Assembly (NCBI GenBank): GCA_965112155.1
Contig: OZ218108.1
Length of the DNA stretch: 64,000 nt
Reading direction: 5' to 3' (one strand)
Source of the DNA: Podarcis liolepis
Taxonomy: Eukaryota
Shown: positions 1 through 12,463 of the stretch, piece after piece
How the letters are laid out: every line of letters starts with the position of its first letter
Numbering within the stretch: the stretch's first letter is position 1
Notes under the pieces: generated by a model
The model's database searches: none
The model's input: only the letters and a program-made list of their open reading frames with translations
Told to the model about the DNA's origin: nothing
Translations under genes and position numbers: made by a program

Positions 1-1304
1 GAAAAGCTTTTCCTTCTCCACTTTCTCCACACAATGCATAATTTCATACACCTTTCTCATAATTTTATAGACCTCAATAATTGGTATTATGTGTGATATA
101 ATTATGCAAGATGCTGTTAATGACATTAAAGTCTTCAAAAACCTAATAGGAAACTGTTTTTTCTCCACGGCAATGTAGATCATGTTGCTTTCAAGATTTA
201 ATTCTTTGTTTATCATGTAGTGATACAATGATTGTACACTGAATGGTACTCTTAATAGACCAAGCTAAACATAATTAATTCCCCCTTGGCAAATACCATG
301 TTCTATAGTTGAGCTAAGTGCATACTGTTTATAGAGCCTCAGGGATTTCACCTGAATTTCATTGAGGAAGTTTAAGTAATATACAGATGAATCTGCTCTT
401 CAGAAGGGCATCAAGACAAGATGGATGCTGAAGGTTTTTCCCCCTCTCCTGTGTGTGTTTGAACCACATTCTTCACAGTTTTTCTGTATAGTATTAACTT
501 GTTTGTAAATAGCCAACACTAAAAAAATTAGAATAAAAGAAAGTATGAAATGTGCCAAAAACTCTGTGGATTTAAAAACTTTTAAAAAAGAAAGATGCCT
601 AGTAAAGATTAAATCAGTGGTTTAATTATCTTTTAATTTACATTTCTTAATAATTCTTCATGGTCTCTTTGAACTCCCACACAGGATTCTGCACCCATAG
701 AATTCCCTGATTGGAAATAATTGTTAGGGAGAATGGGATTTGCAATTTTTATGGCTCCTGATTCCATTTGGGAGGCAAAGGAACTGATATATCCTGTGTT
801 CCCTAGTAGGAAATGATGCTCCGACTCATGCTCAAAAGTGTTTCAGTTAAAAAGAACATTCCTGTTTCCCTCCCTCCATCCCTTATTCTTCTCACAAAGT
901 ATGAAATGAAATTAAATTCCCTTGTGTTCTCCTTTCAGTATATTTGTAATGGTAGCTAGTATTTTATTTAGCGGTGTGTGTTTTTCATTCTTTTACTGAC
1001 CCATTCTTGGTCAGCACAGGGTCTTTTTTCCTGTGATGCATTCAGGCACCTTGGGACTGAAGGGGTGACAGGTCCTACAGTACACACTGAGTGAGAACAG
1101 CATTTTCCTGACAGTCCTTCTCCCTGTTTTCTCAGCTGATGCTTTGTACTTTTGGGGGAAGACTCAGTGACATGCTGTAGTCTTTTCGATGGGTCCCACA
1201 ACACCTATTAAATGGAACCATCATTTCCATTTAGGCTGCACTCCTTCCTCCTGGCCTTCATTGTTAATTGCTGTTAGTTTTTTTCTTCACCCTATTTGGG
1301 TGCA

Positions 1305-1646
1305 GGATCAGAAGGTCGGCAGTTCGAATCCACACAATGGGGTGAGCTCCCGTTGCTCTGTCCCAGCTGCTGCCAACCTAGCAGTTCGAAAGCATACCAG
1401 CGCGAGTAGATAAATAGGTGCTCCTGTGATGGGAAAGTAAATGGCGTTTCCGTGCACTCTGGCTTCCATCACGGTGTTCTGTTGAGCCAGAAGTGGTTTA
1501 GTCATGCTGGCCACATAACTCGGAAAGCTGTCTTTGGACAAATGCCAGCTCCCTTGGTTTGAAGTGAGGTGAGCGTTGCACCGCCATGGTTGCCTTTGAC
1601 TGGACTTTACTGTTTAGGGATCCTTTACCCTTTTTTATTTACCTTA
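1305..1646 (+). mobile_element. Sauria SINE (5' part missing)
   Basis: GATCAGAAGGTCGGCAGTTCGAATCC B-box region, GGGGTGAGCTCCCGTTGCT, GCCAACCTAGCAGTTCGAAAGCA and GAGTAGATAAATAGGT core, with an ACCTTT-like tail. Confidence 0.85.
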
Positions 1647-4328
1647 GGTGGCTATTTAGATGCTAGCAGCTGCAGTGGCTGTCTTATTTTTGATGGGATT
1701 TGCCATTTTTTGGCCCTCTTTCTGTTAGCATCTTCATCCGAGATGTTCAGAATTCACTTTCTCCTTACTGTGAATCCATATGGCCAAAATGTGCTTTTTA
1801 CTTTCCTGTCAAAGAGTTGCTATCTCATTAGTGACTTCAACTTGATGAACTATTTCTTGCAGCAGCATCCTAAAGTGCATGTATTTGTTAAGCCAGCTGT
1901 CAAAGCTTCTTTCTAGTCCTATTCCAGCTAACATGTAAACTGTTTGAACCTTAGGCTTCTTGTGACTTGCATCTCCTTTCCTCAGGAAAGCCTTTCTGGT
2001 TGCTACTGTTATTGCATGGCATGCAGGTGAACTCTGTGACATCCTCCATCATATCACTCTCAGGATCTCTCTGTAGAAACTGCCACCATAGATTGGGTTA
2101 TGCTGCCTTTGCAGTGATCTTTAGGCAATTAACAAGTTAAAATATCAAACCAGGAAATATGTACTTAGCTCCTCCCCCTCCTTATTGGAATCAGTCTTTT
2201 TTTATTTTGCCTATATTCAAAATGGCCATGTGAAACTCCTGACTTCTTTGTCTTAGTTGTTTCAGGCTCATGCATTATTTCCGTACTTAGCAGTTCCTGT
2301 TTCAATCTTCTTTTATTTATTTGTCAAAACTGCTCCAGTTGGTTCCCCTTAACACACATCTAACATTCATCCCAAAAGTGCGATCTCATTTTCACTGCCA
2401 GCAGGAACTGATTCTCCCTTCCCTATGCCCTTCTCTTGTTCTTCCGTGGGCCAAGATGAGGTACTCTCTGGATGTCTGTAGAGAACTGAAGAGCTACATT
2501 CTATGGAAAATATATGTGTTGAGCAAGAACAAAATACCATGAATGTGCACTCTTCTAAAAAGTTAAAAGGGAAGAGAGGTGCATATAGGATTATCACCAG
2601 CACACAGTGCCACAAGTTTATGGTGAATTTTCTGGTCAGCATTTGATGTGGTAATAAAATGGAGAGAGGAGATCCATGTACGCCAGCTTGAGCTCTTTAG
2701 AGGAAAGGTGGGATATAAACGTAATAAGAAATTCAGGGCTTTTCTTAAAGAGTAGAATTTTAAATGGTTGCAGTATTACTCTGGATCGTGATTGATACGG
2801 GAAAACCCCATGTGTGAATTATATATTCATATATCCAGCCTTCAAAGCACAGTAAGCCACAAGCATTGCACATCTTTTTGTTCAATTATGTACACTACAT
2901 ACACCTTGCTTCTTGTCCCCCTTGGGAGCCAAGAACAAGTATTCCCTATATTTCTATTCTGTTCATGTTAACCCAAAAGTCAAATGATGGCCAAAATTTA
3001 TAACATGGAAAAATAGTATTTTGTTCCACGGAGCTTTTGGGTTGTTTATGGTCCAAATCTACAACAGCTCACAGTAAAATTTCCCACTGAGAAACCCTGC
3101 CATCTCTTTAGCTACCATTTTCTCCATATCACTACTACTATGAAAAAGGGAGATGGGCTATCACAATGAATTCTGCTGCTCATTCTAATAATATCTTAAA
3201 TGATGTCCCACTCTGTTATACTGTTGTATGCTTGGTGGCATTTAGCTAAACATTAAAAAATCGGATATGAGAAAAGTAGGTTGCAATGCTTTGTGGAGAA
3301 AGTGTTGAGATTGCTATTCAGTGGATAGCTGCTACAGTGAGCCATGTAATGATATTGTTGTTGACATTGTCTCGAGAGACAATGGAGTACACCTCTGGGG
3401 GTGAAGTCAAATGTTAGCAGCACCAAAGTGAACGTCTCTGGGATACAAGCCATGTGTATGGAGGTCCTGAGCTGCCTAGACAACAAGACCCTCTCTTGGT
3501 CTCGATGATGTGGTCCAAAGGAAAGCAGAGCAGTACATTTGTCACCAGCTTGGCTGCAGGAGTTGCCAGGAAGAGGCATACAAAATTCTATTCAACCATC
3601 TCAGGGGCTCCAGAGTTGTATAGGGTCTACTCTTTAGCCTTTTCTTCTTCCAAAGGTGTCCCACAAGGCAGATGGTATGGATTTTTCCTTGGGGTTTACT
3701 CCCAAAGCCTTTCTTATGATTTAGTATAGCCAGAAGGCAGCAGAGGTTTAGGATCTGCATTTTCCTTCCCTTAGATGGGCTAGGTTGATGAGTTTCTTCT
3801 GCCCTGCCACGTTCTTGATCAATCTGTGGTTCTTTAGAACTTTACTTGGAGTGTTGCAATCTTCTATAACCCTTTATTAAGTCATACTTTGAAATATCTT
3901 TGTTGTCAGTACGATATAGATTTTTCAACTCCTACTATTTCAGGAAGCTGCATTTAACAGTATGTTTTAGTGATAAGACACAAGTGGCTAATTGTGACCA
4001 AAGCTTTTAAAGAACAAAGAGTTCAGTAAAGCCAAAATAGGCAAGAAACTGATCTCCTTCCTCAGCTAGTTTAGTCTACGTGTAGTATTGGAGTGTGTGC
4101 CGTTTATAGTCAAAACAGTACATGAAGCTATAATGACTTTAATACCTCTTCGGTTCCCCTCTTTTTTTTCTTTTTTGAGGAACCTTTTGCTTAACTGTGT
4201 TGGTTACATATAGCTTCAGGAACATGGGGTTAGACTTTACGGTTTGTTTAGCTATGAAGGGATGACAGACTTGTGCGGGGGATGGGATGGCAAAGGGAGC
4301 TTACTTTTGGAATGTAAATACATGTAGA

Positions 4329-4523
4329 NNNNNNNNNNNNNNNNNNNNNNNNNNNNNNNNNNNNNNNNNNNNNNNNNNNNNNNNNNNNNNNNNNNNNNNN
4401 NNNNNNNNNNNNNNNNNNNNNNNNNNNNNNNNNNNNNNNNNNNNNNNNNNNNNNNNNNNNNNNNNNNNNNNNNNNNNNNNNNNNNNNNNNNNNNNNNNNN
4501 NNNNNNNNNNNNNNNNNNNNNNN
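4329..4523. other. Assembly gap (N run)
   Basis: 195 consecutive N. Confidence 0.99.
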
Positions 4524-7500
4524 GCAGAAGGTCTTTGGCGGTGTCTTTTTCTTAACTTGTGTCTTTTCTTCTTTTGAAGAAAGTAATGGCTTAAGTCTGA
4601 CTGAAGAACAATCTTTTTTTTTTGTACATTCCTTATAAGGATTTACTTATGGTTCACAGATTTTTTATCCACCATCTATGTCTGCAGTCCTTTGGATTTT
4701 AAATAGTATATAGCCTACTGCAAACAAGAGGAAATGCCAAATTAAAGATTTAATGGCATATTGCTCACTGATAAAAGGTGACAAATTATATAGCAGCCAG
4801 TTAAAGCTGGTCAAACAGAATTTAAAAAATTATCAGGATTTGTTGTGCAAATGAAAAATGGGGGAGGGGGGAATTGGTGAAGCTGCCAAATTTTGAAATT
4901 AATCTAAGCATTAGGTTGATAAATAAATGAGTATTTGTTGATAGATGTTCTTAGGCATCATACATTCCAGGGTTCAGATAAGCTGAAAATTTTGAAGCAC
5001 ATGCGTAACTTTAAAGCACTCTAATAATCTTGAATAAGTTTGGTATTGGCTTCTAGCAACAGACATATCTTTTGTTCCTGTGAAGCCAGTGGCTGGGGAA
5101 ACATTAGCCTTTACAAATGATTAGGCACCAAGTCTAAAGAAAATGCAAGTCTCTTAACCTCTCTCCACTCATTTGCCTTAGTTACACATTTTTATTTTCC
5201 ACTACCCAGCTTAATTTACAAGGCAGTGAGCAGATTTGTTTATTTTATTTTTTTGTCATTGTACGCTTTACTTTTAGGGGACATAAAAGAAAATGGCTGA
5301 AAAGAAAAAAGGAGACAGATTTTTCTTCTTCATGTGTATGTCTAATATGCGTGGTCCCTTATACTGAAGTAGAGGGATAGAAGGCTGAGTCAAAATCAAA
5401 TCAATGCTAATAATATACAATGCAGACAGTACCTCCATTTTGCGTGCGTGCGTGTGTGTTTTAAGTTCATCTTCCACATCTTTTATTTATTTACCTTTAT
5501 TTAGTGGAAATATAATATTGTGCTTTTAGTATATAGCATTATTTTAATGTTGCTAGGAAAAAAAACATGGTTTACTGGCATTTTATAGACGGTAAATTGG
5601 ACGTAACCAAATGAGCCCAGGAGCCCTTCCAACAAGGAAAGGAAACCTTTGGATACAACCCTATATACATTAGGACTTAAATAATGATGGGGGTTTCACT
5701 GGGGAGGGAAATTTGGTTTCATATTTTTGTTGGAAGCACAATTGTTGATAGATCCATCTTATAATCTTTGGCTCTTATTGATATAATATAAGATGGATAA
5801 CATCACTTTTCTAAGATGGGTGTTCACGGTGTATTATCTTCATAGAGTGCAACAATAAGTGCTTTCATGTGCATTCAGTTTGGATGCTCACAGTAGAATT
5901 ATGAGCTGTTGGTTTAAAGTGTTTGTATTGTCTAGATTCAGAGATTGCTCAAGATAACCTGATGTCTCAAGGGAAACTTGTGTATACTATCCTAATATGC
6001 TTCTAACTTGAGAGAAGACTCGGTTACAAACAATCCCCCCCCCCGTCCTCTGTAAGATTAGCTAAATTTATCATTTAAGACTCTCATATTTTGCACTCTC
6101 AAAATGATTTTACAACAGTAGTTACTGGAGAAACACGACACTTTTGAAATATGGACAGCTTGTTAAACTTTCTGTTATCTTTAGTCCTATTCAGGTCTTG
6201 GTTTCCAAGCATGTGAAGAGGCCAGCAGGAACACATGGGGTTAACCACAGCCCTTCAAAACATACAGTTTGGCAGCATCCACTAGCTCACACGTAATTGG
6301 CCCAATCTGAAGAGAGTTCAACTTGCATTGGGTTTCCTCCAAGGGGTGGGGATAGTCTCACAGGTTTCGGTTGGCCTCTTCCTGTATTGGGTACCCATGA
6401 GTACTGAACCCCTAAACAGGACTCTTGTTGTTACCTAATGTGTTCTTTTAGGCCAGCATCTTCTGATAAGTCTGCACATGATCACCTAAGGACCGTACTA
6501 AACACAGTGTCTTTCACACCATTCGCAACAGTGGAAATGGCTTTTTAAAAAGTACATTGGAGGCATGGGGATGATCTGATTTAATTCTTTACTCCCTGCT
6601 GCAGTCCTGATCTGGATGAAGCCTCTTGCATTTGTTGTTTGTACTGGAAGAAAGCTCCAATGGGATCTCCTCCACCCAATGTAAACAGCAAAAGTGGGGA
6701 CTGGACCTGAATTGGGGCCAGAGTGGGAATGAAGCCTTAAAGCCCCCCTACCTACCAGGCCTGAGTCCTGATCCAGATCAGGACCTTGCACCTGCAATTT
6801 AGTTTTTAAAAGCCATTCATGCTTGCTAATTGTGCAAATAGCACCACATCTGGTTTCAACCTTAGCTTCACAGTGCTTCATTGACTGACAAATATTTGGA
6901 TTTGTGTTAAGCACTGGCAGCTGGTGCCCAGTAGACCTGCTGGGGCTGCTAGGATGTCACAGCGGCATGGCCAAGGAGGTCATGGGGTCATGGTCAAGTT
7001 CTGCTTTTCTCCCCACCAAGCTCATCAAGCAGCCACACAGGTTTACTGTAGCAGCAAGTTTCACACGTTTCTCCAGTATTCCATTGGAGTGGAAACTCAA
7101 CCATTCACCCAGAGTAGTTTATTCAGATGTTAACACTGGAACAATGAGGTCAGTGTGAAAAAAGACTTGCACCCACTTTTTTTAGCATGTCTGATGACAC
7201 CTAAAGACAACTTTGGGGTGCCTTTAATTTTGTCTGGTATCCCAAGCATCTACAAAATCCTTCTCTGTACTTTGTGGCCAAATCTGCAGGCATTTTCTAT
7301 TCCATGGTAGGTCCACATGAATGCAGCAGGGGCTTCCCTATTTTGTTTTAGGAGGAAGGGGGATTTTCTTTGCAGACATAGTAGGAATTCCTTATCAGGT
7401 ACTGGACTGAAGAACAAATGTAGCCTTGGTAATGTCCTACAGAAATTTATGAAATGGAGATCAGAGAACAAATGCTGGAATTTGACTCTTTAAACATTTC

Positions 7501-8089
7501 CCTTCTTTAATACAAACTATTTCTATGTAATAGGTTGTTACAAAATTCCCAGCTGGTACTGATATTCTGCTTAACAGTTTTTTTAAAAAATAATAATACT
7601 TTTATTCTAAGTGAAGCCCTAGTCAGTAAAGAAACACTGAGGTACTTTCCAATAATTGTATTTACCACTCTTTTGTTACATAAAAACTCCATAAGGAAAA
7701 TGTCTCTGCAGGGTTGCTGCAGTTTGCCAAAACAAAGAAGAATTTTCTTGCTTCTTAAAAAAGAGAAAAAAAACTGTGTTTTCCTCAGTTACATATATCC
7801 CAAAATAGGACTCATGCTCTAGTCCCCAAAGGCTTATGGTACAATAAATATATTAGTGCATCAGACCAAACATAGAGAAAATAGGCTAGTAGCACCTTAA
7901 AGCCTAATACTTTTCCTGGAACTGGACACAATTTGTTAAATGTTTTATATTATAATTTGCCCTCTTTGTGTGAGGGCAGGGAGGGTTTGCAATATTTCCT
8001 GTTGCCACATAAGATGTATTGCTTTGGGGGCATATCTGCATACTCTGGCTTGGATTTAAAAACAACAACCGTGCACTGTGTTCACTGTA

Positions 8090-8331
8090 CAGTGGTACCT
8101 CGGGTTAAGTACTTAATTCGTTCTGGAGGTCCGTTCTTAACCTGAAACTGTTCTTAACCTGAAGCACTACTTTAGCTAATGGGGCCTCCTGCTGCCGCCA
8201 TGCCGCCGGAGCACGATTTCTGTTCTCATCCTGAAGCAAAGTTCTTAACCTGAAGCACGATTTCTGGGTTAGCAGAGTCTGTAACCTGAAGTGTATGTAA
8301 CCTGAAGCGTATGTAACCCGAGGTACCACTG
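8090..8331. mobile_element. Tc1/mariner (Tigger-like) MITE
   Basis: TA TSD (8088-8089, 8332-8333). TIR CAGTGGTACCTCGGGTTA / TAACCCGAGGTACCACTG. Internal TAACCTGAA repeats. Confidence 0.9.
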
Positions 8332-8469
8332 TACTCACAAAAGCAATTCGAGTAGCTTAAAGAGAGTACACAGAGCAGCCTAGACTGTGCACAGCAATAA
8401 AACCACTCACTCATTTGCAAAGCTAAGCAGGGTCCAGTATTGTTTCAAATTGGAAGAGGGATCGTGTGT

Positions 8470-8548
8470 TGAGATTCCTGCATTGCAGGGGGTAGGACTA
8501 CATGACTATCGGAATCCCTTCCAACTCTACAGTGCTATGAGTCTGTGA
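8470..8548 (+). mobile_element. CR1/SINE 3' tail fragment
   Basis: GAGATTCCTGCATTGCAGGGGGTAGGACTACATGAC...CCCTTCCAACTCTAC, the same tail as the 39383 SINE. Confidence 0.7.
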
Positions 8549-9836
8549 TCTGGCTCCTGATGTTCCAGATAAGGGAGTCTCACTGTTTCCCCAACCACTA
8601 CCACAAGGCTACTCAACAATCATCTTGTCCCTGGAGGAGAGGAGCTAATTTTTAAAAAGTCCCCCCAGTAGCTGTTTTATTATATAGTTCAAATTTATGT
8701 TTGTTGTTTTAAATTGTTTTGCAAGGTTTGCCTGAAAGGCCGTTATACAAATATCCTAAATAAATAAACAAAAACCCCACATGAATTATATGGACTGAAT
8801 ATAATTTAAAATATAAAATTATATATACATGAGAGCATTTCAAGACTGGTCTCTAATTATTAGGTATTTTATAGATTTCCCACCTCTAACTATAGTATAT
8901 ATGCTAACGTTTTGAAAAGTTCTGTTCCTGACAGAACATCATGAAACCCTGTCACAATCTTGTTGCACTGAATCTTACGTAAGGGTGTAAATGAAACACG
9001 CTACTGCTGTATTTGGTGGCGCCTACGTGTGTTTCGGTGGGTCCTGCTTGAGTCATTCTGAATGTTCTGATGCAATGTCTTCAGTCATTGCAGCTTCCAG
9101 GCCTATTACCATAGTGTCTGTCAGTGAACAGAACTGTTCAAGCTAATGGCACATTCTTCCATTGGTGCCACTGATTGTGAAAGATTGTTCGCCCCTATGT
9201 AGTGTCTTCCATTCTTGCAATTCTCTTCTGTTTGTTCAAGCAGAAAAGACTAGCCCAGTAATCTGTAACAGAAATGGTTTTAAAGGTGCAGTGGAAAATA
9301 AATGTGTGTATATTACTCTCTCTCTCACTCCCTGTTTAAACATATTCATCATCATAAAATCTGGCATGGGCAGAGAAGTAGATAAGAGCCTTCAGAAAAC
9401 AAGTTGTGGATATGTATATTCAGCTTCTCCCTAATTATAGATAGCAGCTCTCCTGGAAAAAAAAATGGGCATGTTAAGTGCCATTTATCTTCCAGTTGTA
9501 ACTTTTGCTTTGACCCATACGAATGAAGCATTTTGTCTTCCTTTATATCTCTTGTATAAATTCACATTATAGGGCATCAATACAACATCTTCTGTTTCTG
9601 CAAATGCAGTAGAAGGACAGGATAAAAAACAACTTACACAAAAAAAAAATGCGGAGGGGGCTGCAGGGAGAAGGGCAGCCACCAAAATGGTATTCTGCCC
9701 CTATTCTGTTGACAAATTTATTTCTTTAGTAGACAGAAAACATTGGATGCAACATTATAAAAATAAACTAATCATTACACATGTTCGAAACTATAAAGGT
9801 GTTGCATGAAACTTTATGCTTCCTTACCACCCAAGA

Positions 9837-10199
9837 ATTGATGCTTTTGAATTATGGTGCTGGAGGAGACTCTTGAGAGTCCCATGGACTGCAAGAAGAT
9901 CAAACCTATCCATTCTGAAGGAAATCAGCCCTGAGTGCTCACTGGAAGGACAGATCGTGAAGCTGAGGCTCCAATACTTTGGCCACCTCATGAGAAGAGA
10001 AGACTCCCTGGAAAAGACCCTGATGTTGGGAAAGATGGAGGGCACAAGGAGAAGGGGACGACGGAGGGCAAGATGGTTGGATAGTGTTCTCGAAGCTACC
10101 AGCATGAGTTTGACCAAACTGCGGGAGACAGTGGAAGACAGGAGTGCCTGGCGTGCTCTGGTCCATGGGGTCACGAAGAGTCGGACATGACTAAACGAC

Positions 10200-10245
<46 letters not shown>
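9837..10245 (+). mobile_element. 5'-truncated RTE-BovB LINE
   Basis: RIDAFELWCWRRLLRVPWTARRSN...YFGHLMRREDSLEKTLMLGK is the BovB RT C-terminus. (CAA)n tail 10204-10245. 11-bp TSD ACCACCCAAGA at 9826-9836 and 10246-10256. Confidence 0.95.
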
Positions 10246-11766
10246 ACCACCCAAGATATAATTACGTTCTTTTAGGAAAAAAGCAAGGCCAATGAGATCT
10301 TCCAGAGGAGCAGTTCTATTCTCCTTGAATCAAAAAGTTCTGCAGTATTTTGTTATGGAGCAGCACTTCTATGCAGATCATCTGCGGCTATGGACAGCCA
10401 TCAGTGTTAACACTTTTGAAGGTCTGGCTGTTTCTGCTGAATCTTTAACAGTTGCAGTATGGTTTTGTTTTGTTTTTGTTGACACCAGATATCAATAATT
10501 GAGGATCTCTTATATTGTGTGGGCTTCCACATGAGCAGATAGAGTGGGTTGGATTCAAGATCTGGAAAGCAGAGTTCTGCTTATGGACAGCATGCTTCTG
10601 ACACCTGCTAATGGAAAGGGGAAGCTGATTCCCCCCCCCCCAATTTCCTCCTTTTCCCTTCAGAAAACAGTGAACAGTGTGGAAGGGGATGCAGAATTGC
10701 CTTCTAACTTTAGTAGAAGTCTTCACTAGAACAGTGTTTCCCAACCGGTGTTCCGCGGCACACTAGTGTGCCGTGAGACACCGGCTGGTGTGCCGTGGGA
10801 GGGAGGCGGGCGAGTCGGGCGCCTAGGAGAGAACAAAACCAAGTGAGCAGCGCGCGAGAGGGAAGCGACCCGAAAAAGAAGCGCGTTCGGAGTCCGGAGG
10901 CACTTTTGGGGCTGTGTACGAAGGGAGGGGGGGGCACGGACGGCGGAAGGGGGCGGGGCGCGGTTGCAGAAACCCGCCAATGCTTCCACCTCATTGGGAA
11001 AGGGAAGGGGTTGGGCCACCTAAAACTCTCCGCCGGGGCCACATCCTGCCTCCCAGCCCCCTTTCCTCCACCCACGGAGGGAGGGATGTTTTTAACACAC
11101 ACCCCCCCGCTCACAACCCTTTGGTAGCGTTTCTCCAATCTGAGGCGAGCGCCCGCCGACGCCCCCTTCCCCTGCTCAGTCGCGCAAAAACCGAAGTCTC
11201 CTCCCTACCCCTTATTCCCTCAAACCCCGTTTCCATAAGGGGGGGGGGGAATAACCCCTTCCGTCGCGCGCAAAGCCCAGCTCCCTCCGCCCTTCGCGGT
11301 CTCCTCAGCACTTCAGCCAGCCGTTTACACTCTCGGAGCCACTGGGCAAAACTCGCTCTCAGAAGCGCGCGCGCGCGGAGAGAAAGAGAGAGGGAAACAA
11401 AGTTAACTTGTGGGGAGAGAGAAAGAGCGAGCGGGAGCTAACTTGTGTCCAAAGGCAGATACAAAGTAGCCCCCCCCCCCGCCCCGAAGGCGACCTCTCT
11501 TGCTCTGCTCCTCTGGGGTGGGGAAACCAACTCCACCACGCGGAGCAGCCCCGAGGCGGGGAATTTCGCCCCTTCGTAATGTATGCATGTAAATGAGGCG
11601 GGCGCAAGGGGTGGGCGCGGAGAGGAACTCGCGCCTCTGAGGCCGCCGCCTCCTTCTCCTCCTCCTCCGCCCCCCCCTCAAACCCAGGCGGCGGCGGCGG
11701 CAGGAGGCAGCAGCGGCAATAACAGAAGCAGCTGCGCTGACAACAACACGTGTTCGCTCGGGCACC

Positions 11767-11894
11767 ATGGAATTCGAGGAGCTGGGGATTCGGGAGGAGT
11801 GCGGCGTGTTCGGGTGCATCGCCTCCGGCCTGTGGCCCACGGAGCTGGACGTGCCCCATGTGATCACGCTGGGGCTAGTGGGGCTGCAGCACAG
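11767..11894 (+). pseudogene. PPAT: Transposon-captured copy of PPAT (amidophosphoribosyltransferase) coding exon 1
   Basis: GGCACCATGG Kozak context. Reads [42 protein letters not shown](R), i.e. the 11-aa propeptide plus N-terminal nucleophile Cys of vertebrate PPAT. 128 nt ending AG|GTAGGG at a phase-2 donor. Lies inside the hAT TIRs, and no PPAT exon 2 (GQESAG...) is seen downstream. Confidence 0.9.
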
Positions 11895-11985
11895 GTAGGG
11901 GACACGGCGGTGGGGGGGGAGACGGTCTGGGGAAGCGGGGGGAGGGTGGGTTGCTTGCGAGACAGCGGAGGAGGAGGAGGCCGGC

Positions 11986-12177
11986 ATGTCCGGGCAGCAG
12001 CAGCAACAGCAGCAGCAGCAACTCCCGGCGACGGCTCCTCCTCTGCCCGCTATCGCCGCCGCCTCAGCTGCCGCCGTCCCTCAGTCCCTCGCTCTGCTGC
12101 CTCCTCCCACCCCGGCAAGGGGAAGGGAAAAAACTTTCACTTTTGTGCGTCCCTCCCGGCGTGACGCTGCGCGCTGA
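11986..12177 (+). other. Unidentified poly-Q/Ala/Pro first-exon-like fragment in the hAT cargo
   Basis: (GGA)n leader, GCCGGCATG start, then MSGQQQQQQQQQLPATAPPLPAIAAASAAAVPQSLALLPPPTP. Resembles a low-complexity N-terminus from a different gene. Source not recognised. Confidence 0.4.
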
Positions 12178-12463
12178 CGTCACGGGGCGGGGCTTTAATG
12201 GTGGTGTGCCGTGAGATTTTTTTCCGGTAAACAGGTGTGCCGTTGCCCAAAAACGTTTGGGAAACACTGCACTAGAATGAAGGCCTTTGGATTCATGAAA
12301 GAACTCTTGCTGTGAGTGAAAGAGCATCTTTGGATCCAGCCCACTGTTTATAGAGCAGGGTTCCTGTATTGGGGCTTTGCCACCAAAGCAACAAAAAAAT
12401 GGCAGCTTTATGGAGAAAGGCAAGAGAAAGTAGAGCAACAGTAGAATTTGCAAATGCAATATA

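Larger units (their letters stand above)
10800..12200. promoter_or_regulatory. CpG-island-like promoter cargo inside the hAT element
   Basis: Very GC/CpG-rich against an AT-rich background. GC box GGGGCGGGGC 10950-10959, CCAAT 10977-10981, E-box CACGTG 11747-11752, full CRE TGACGTCA 12175-12182 followed by GGGGCGGG. Confidence 0.65.
10732..12269. mobile_element. Non-autonomous hAT (Charlie-like) DNA transposon carrying captured host CpG-island/exon cargo
   Basis: TIR CAGTGTTTCCCAA (10732-10744) and TTGGGAAACACTG (12257-12269). Identical 8-bp TSD CACTAGAA at 10724-10731 and 12270-12277, with the CTAG core typical of Charlie targets. Subterminal GTGTGCCGT repeats at both ends (~10766, ~10788, ~12204, ~12235). 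No transposase ORF. Confidence 0.93.

Noticed and set aside
3357-3430. Minus-strand branch point and acceptor (CTGCTAAC...CCCCCAG) as part of the pseudogene
   Set aside because: The same sequence recurs at ~56760-56815, so it belongs to an interspersed repeat (~3357-3810).
4287-4577. ORF spanning the N run
   Set aside because: Artefact of the assembly gap.
10710-12214. Overlapping 100-190 aa ORFs in the GC-rich block (and at 35148-36043)
   Set aside because: Expected from stop-codon scarcity in GC-rich DNA. They occur in all frames with no recognisable domains.
10700-12300. Authentic PPAT/PAICS bidirectional locus
   Set aside because: No further PPAT exons downstream and no PAICS exons upstream were found. 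The CpG island is bounded exactly by TIRs and a TSD, and the next recognisable exon belongs to ARL15.
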